Assembly: GCA_030390025.1 (NCBI GenBank)
Contig: CM059430.1
Location: 75,454,001-75,518,000 of the forward strand
Direction: 5' to 3'
Source of the DNA: Squalus acanthias
Lineage: Eukaryota
Length of the DNA stretch: 64,000 nucleotides
How positions within the stretch are numbered: the stretch's first letter is position 1; each line of letters begins with the position of its first letter. A model generated the notes under the pieces. That model did no database searches, had not been told where the DNA came from, and saw only the letters and a program-made list of their open reading frames with translations. The position numbers were made by a program, and so were the translations under genes. Of the stretch, positions 60,690 to 64,000 are shown piece by piece.

Positions 60690-63030
60690 TCAGATCTGGC
60701 AAAAGTTAGAGATATAATAGTTTTTAAGTAAGTACAGAGGCAAGGAAAGCAAGAGGAGAGGAACGAACAAAAGTGAAGGTTTGTGATAGAGTGGAAGGCA
60801 GCAATGATTAAATGACAAAAGCGATGATGTTGGAATGCATATGGAGGTGGTAATGGAACAAGAAAAGAAGCAGAAGTTGGGACCATGGAGCTGTAAATGG
60901 CCCATAGCAGAATCATTACAAATAGCTTCTGTCCAAAAAATGATAGCGGTGGTTATGATCTGAAATTGTTGAACTCAATGTATAGACCAGAAGGCTTAAC
61001 GTACTTATTCGAAAGAGGTGTTCTTCTCAAGCTTCATTAGAAGAGTATAGGAAGCAGAGGACGGAGAGGTCAGAGTTGGAGTGGGACCGAGAATTAAAAT
61101 GACAAGCGACCAGAAGCTCAGGGTTACACCTGCAGAATGAACCGAGCTGCTCAATAAACAATCACCCGAAATGCGTTTTGGCCTCCCAATGTATGGGAGA
61201 CTGCATCATGAGCAGCGAATATAGTATATTAAATTAAAAGAAGTACATGTAAATCACTGTTTCACCTGGAAGGTGTATTTAGAGCTCTAGACTGTGGCAA
61301 GGCAAAAGGGCAGGCATTGCATCACCTGCGCCTGCATGGGAAGGTGCCGTGGGAAGGGGGCAGTGTTGGGTTGATTGAATAAATTACTAGGGTGACCCTC
61401 CAGAATGCTGAAAGGAGAGGGAAGAGGAGGGGAAGAAGTATTTGTTGGTGGCATTGCGCTGGATGTGTTGCAAATGGTGGAGGATGATCCACCATTGGAA
61501 GCTAGTGGGGTGGGAGTTGAGAAAAAGGGAACTCTATCATGGTTCTGGAATGGAGGACAAGGATTGAGAGTAGAAGTGCGGGAAATGGAATTGTCACGGG
61601 GGAGGGGTCTGTCAACCACGGTGGAAGGGTGTCCTCAGTTGTGCAAAATGGAAGACATGTTGGAATCATTGGTATGGAAAGTATCACCATCAGAACACAT
61701 GCGATGGAAATGGAGAAACTTGGAGAATGATATAGGCCCAGAAATTAAACATTGATGGTTCCCGCGGGGGTAAGGATTCCCCGCGATATCGCACTCCGCG
61801 CCTACCTTTCTGTTAGGGGCCCACACGGACTTTAGTTTCAGAGCCTCTTCTTGTTGCAACCGCGCAGTGTGTGCATGTCCCAGAGGCGCAATTAGTTTGT
61901 GCGAGCTCTGGGATCACGTGATTCAGTTAGAGCCAATGGCAGAACACCAACTTTCTTTCATAGTTTTGACAGCAAGAGCTGTCAAAGCTATGAATACTAC
62001 AAACCCCCAAAAGAACAGCTAAACCTCAATTAAATAAAAAAAAGCCATCACGTTAATAAAATAAGTATAGTTAAATAAATTAACCAATTTAAACAGAAAA
62101 TTACATTTTTGAAAAAATTTAAAATCTTTTTAAATGTTATAAAAATAAACTTACCTTTCTTTAAAGTCTCTAAAAAAGATAAAACTGTTGAAAAAATTTA
62201 AAATAACACTTAATTAACTATTTACCTTGTTAAAAGGGGGTCCTACGACTGCTTTCTTTATGTGTAAAATCTTCACCACTTACCTGCGCGTTCAAAGCTG
62301 AAAAAAAACTAAGTGCACTGCGTGCGCACAACCTGTAGTGCGCACACGGTTCACTTAAGAACCGCCCCCTTTGCAATTCTCGAAGTGCCGGTTTCCCGCG
62401 CATGCGCAGTGCATGCAGGAAACCGGCAATTCGGGATCTAATACCCGAGAGAACACGGTGCTTACTCTCGCGTATTAGGTTTAATTTGCGGGCCATAGAG
62501 TCCTTGCCGGAAGCAGCGTGGGAAGAAGTATAATGAAGGTAGTTGCGGGAGTCAGTGGGCCTATAGTAGATATTGCTCAACAGCCTATCCACAGAACTGG
62601 AGATAGGGAAGTCGAGGGAGTGAAGGCAAGATTCAGAGATGGATCTTGTGAAGTCGAGGGAGGGTGGAAGTTGGAAGCAAAGCTGATGACATTTTCCAGT
62701 TTGGAGCGAAAACAGGATATGGCACCAATACAGTCATCAATGTACCAAAAGAAGAGGTGAGGGAGGTGACCTGAGTTGGCCTGGAACAAATAATGTTGCA
62801 CTTGTCTCAAAGAAAGGCAAAGAAAGCTAGGACCCATTCGGGTTCCCTTCGCAGCCGCTTTTGTTTGAAGAAAGTAAGTTGTGTGAATGGAGAAGTTGTT
62901 CAATGTAAGAAGTTCAGCAAGGCGGAGGAGTGCAGTAGTGGGTGGGGACTTGTTGGCTCTCCAGTCAAGAAAGAAGCAGAAGGCCCTCTGGTTGTCCTGG
63001 TGGGTTTGGACATGTAAATTGACTGGACAT
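60690..63030 (-). mobile_element. Penelope-like retroelement remnant
   Basis: Minus ORFs with LNNFS..YFLQ..GTRMGPS, WYIDDC, YYRPTDSRNYLHYTSSH, FSKFL..RMCS. Confidence 0.85.
61735..62494. mobile_element. MITE copy 4 inserted in the Penelope element
   Basis: ggcccagaaattaaac / gtttaatttgcgggcc with ATA duplication. Confidence 0.9.
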
Positions 63031-63639
63031 CCCTCCACAGATGCTACCTCACCGGTGGAGTATTTCCAGCATTTCATTTTCTTATTTCAGATTTCCAGCC
63101 TCCACAGTATTTTGCTTTGGCCCACGTTTGAGGATATGTGACACAGCCACTCTGCCGCAAAGAACATGGGTATGGAATCAGGAATTCAGGTGTCAGGAAA
63201 TTGGAGGTTAGGCTACCAGTATCACCAGACTTAAATGTTCACCTGGATTTTTCCAGATTGCTTGTCATAACTTTGGTGTATGATCTGCAGAATGCCCAGA
63301 GAAACAGCACGATATACATTTAACTTAACCTTTCCTCGGGGAAATCGACAGGATTTTATCTGATGCAGTAATATTGAAGTTAATGGAAAAGTAACTGCAT
63401 ACTGGAACAACTATCTGTTTCAAATGAGAGATCAGCCAGCTAATCCAACAGGAATTCCAAAAGTCAAAACAATAAATGGGAATTTCCTTGGGGGTCTCCC
63501 ACTCTTTGAAGAAGATTCGGTGCAATCCTCATTTACGTACATACAAGGGGTTGCCGGCAAACCTCCACAGTATTGACGGCGATGGAGCAGATGAAGCCCC
63601 GTCGAAATTTATACCGTATTTTGGCATACTACTGACATT

Positions 63640-64000
63640 AGCATTCTGGCTGTTATGTTGTTAAATTGGAGGAAGCAAAGGAATTACCGAGGAGGAGGAA
63701 GGAGAGACAAGTGTGCTACTATAAATACCACGTGGCTCCTACCAGCAGTCTGTCCAGAAATTATGTTATATGACCCAGATGCAACTACCTAGACATGGTG
63801 GAAGACTCACATTTTCTTTGAGCGAGATTTGTCATATCCTGGAGCGTTACCTGAAAGCAGCATCCAACTGAGTGTTATATTAAAACGCTTCTCCTCCTTT
63901 GTCCATCTGTGTGGGTCTGCCTTTGCATGGTTCCACTTTTACCTATCCAGTCGTAGCTAGATAATCTCCTGAAATGGTGTATCTTTCCGCCACTGCATTA
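63640..64000 (+). mobile_element. Possible start of another Harbinger transposase remnant
   Basis: NYLDM..FCHILERYL resembles the N-terminal part of the 32900 transposase; very decayed. Confidence 0.3.

Overview
Vertebrate genomic DNA, most likely a cartilaginous fish (shark-type CR1 LINEs and Deu-domain SINEs; inference). Most of the window is decayed transposable elements: CR1 and L2/CR1-group LINEs, SINEs, Penelope, PIF/Harbinger elements with MITEs, and an old env-bearing LTR element. The genic content is a head-to-head cluster of non-rearranging antigen-receptor-like Ig-superfamily genes (germline-joined VJ domain plus C1-set domain) that the ORF track shows only as fragments. Gene A (+, 45799-53227, 7 exons, 365 aa, intact) is an inhibitory receptor whose tail closely parallels the four tyrosine motifs of mammalian SIRP-alpha. 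Gene B (-, leader/V/C1 at 25927-21789) is followed by a degenerate duplicate (pseudogene C, V exon collapsed to 34 nt). Downstream lie an intact TM exon with an FcR-gamma-type Arg (17162-17270) and a short tail exon. Together this looks like a paired inhibitory/activating VJ-C1 receptor system. Exon models come from hand-read splice sites and phases; repeat boundaries are approximate unless TIR/TSD positions are given.
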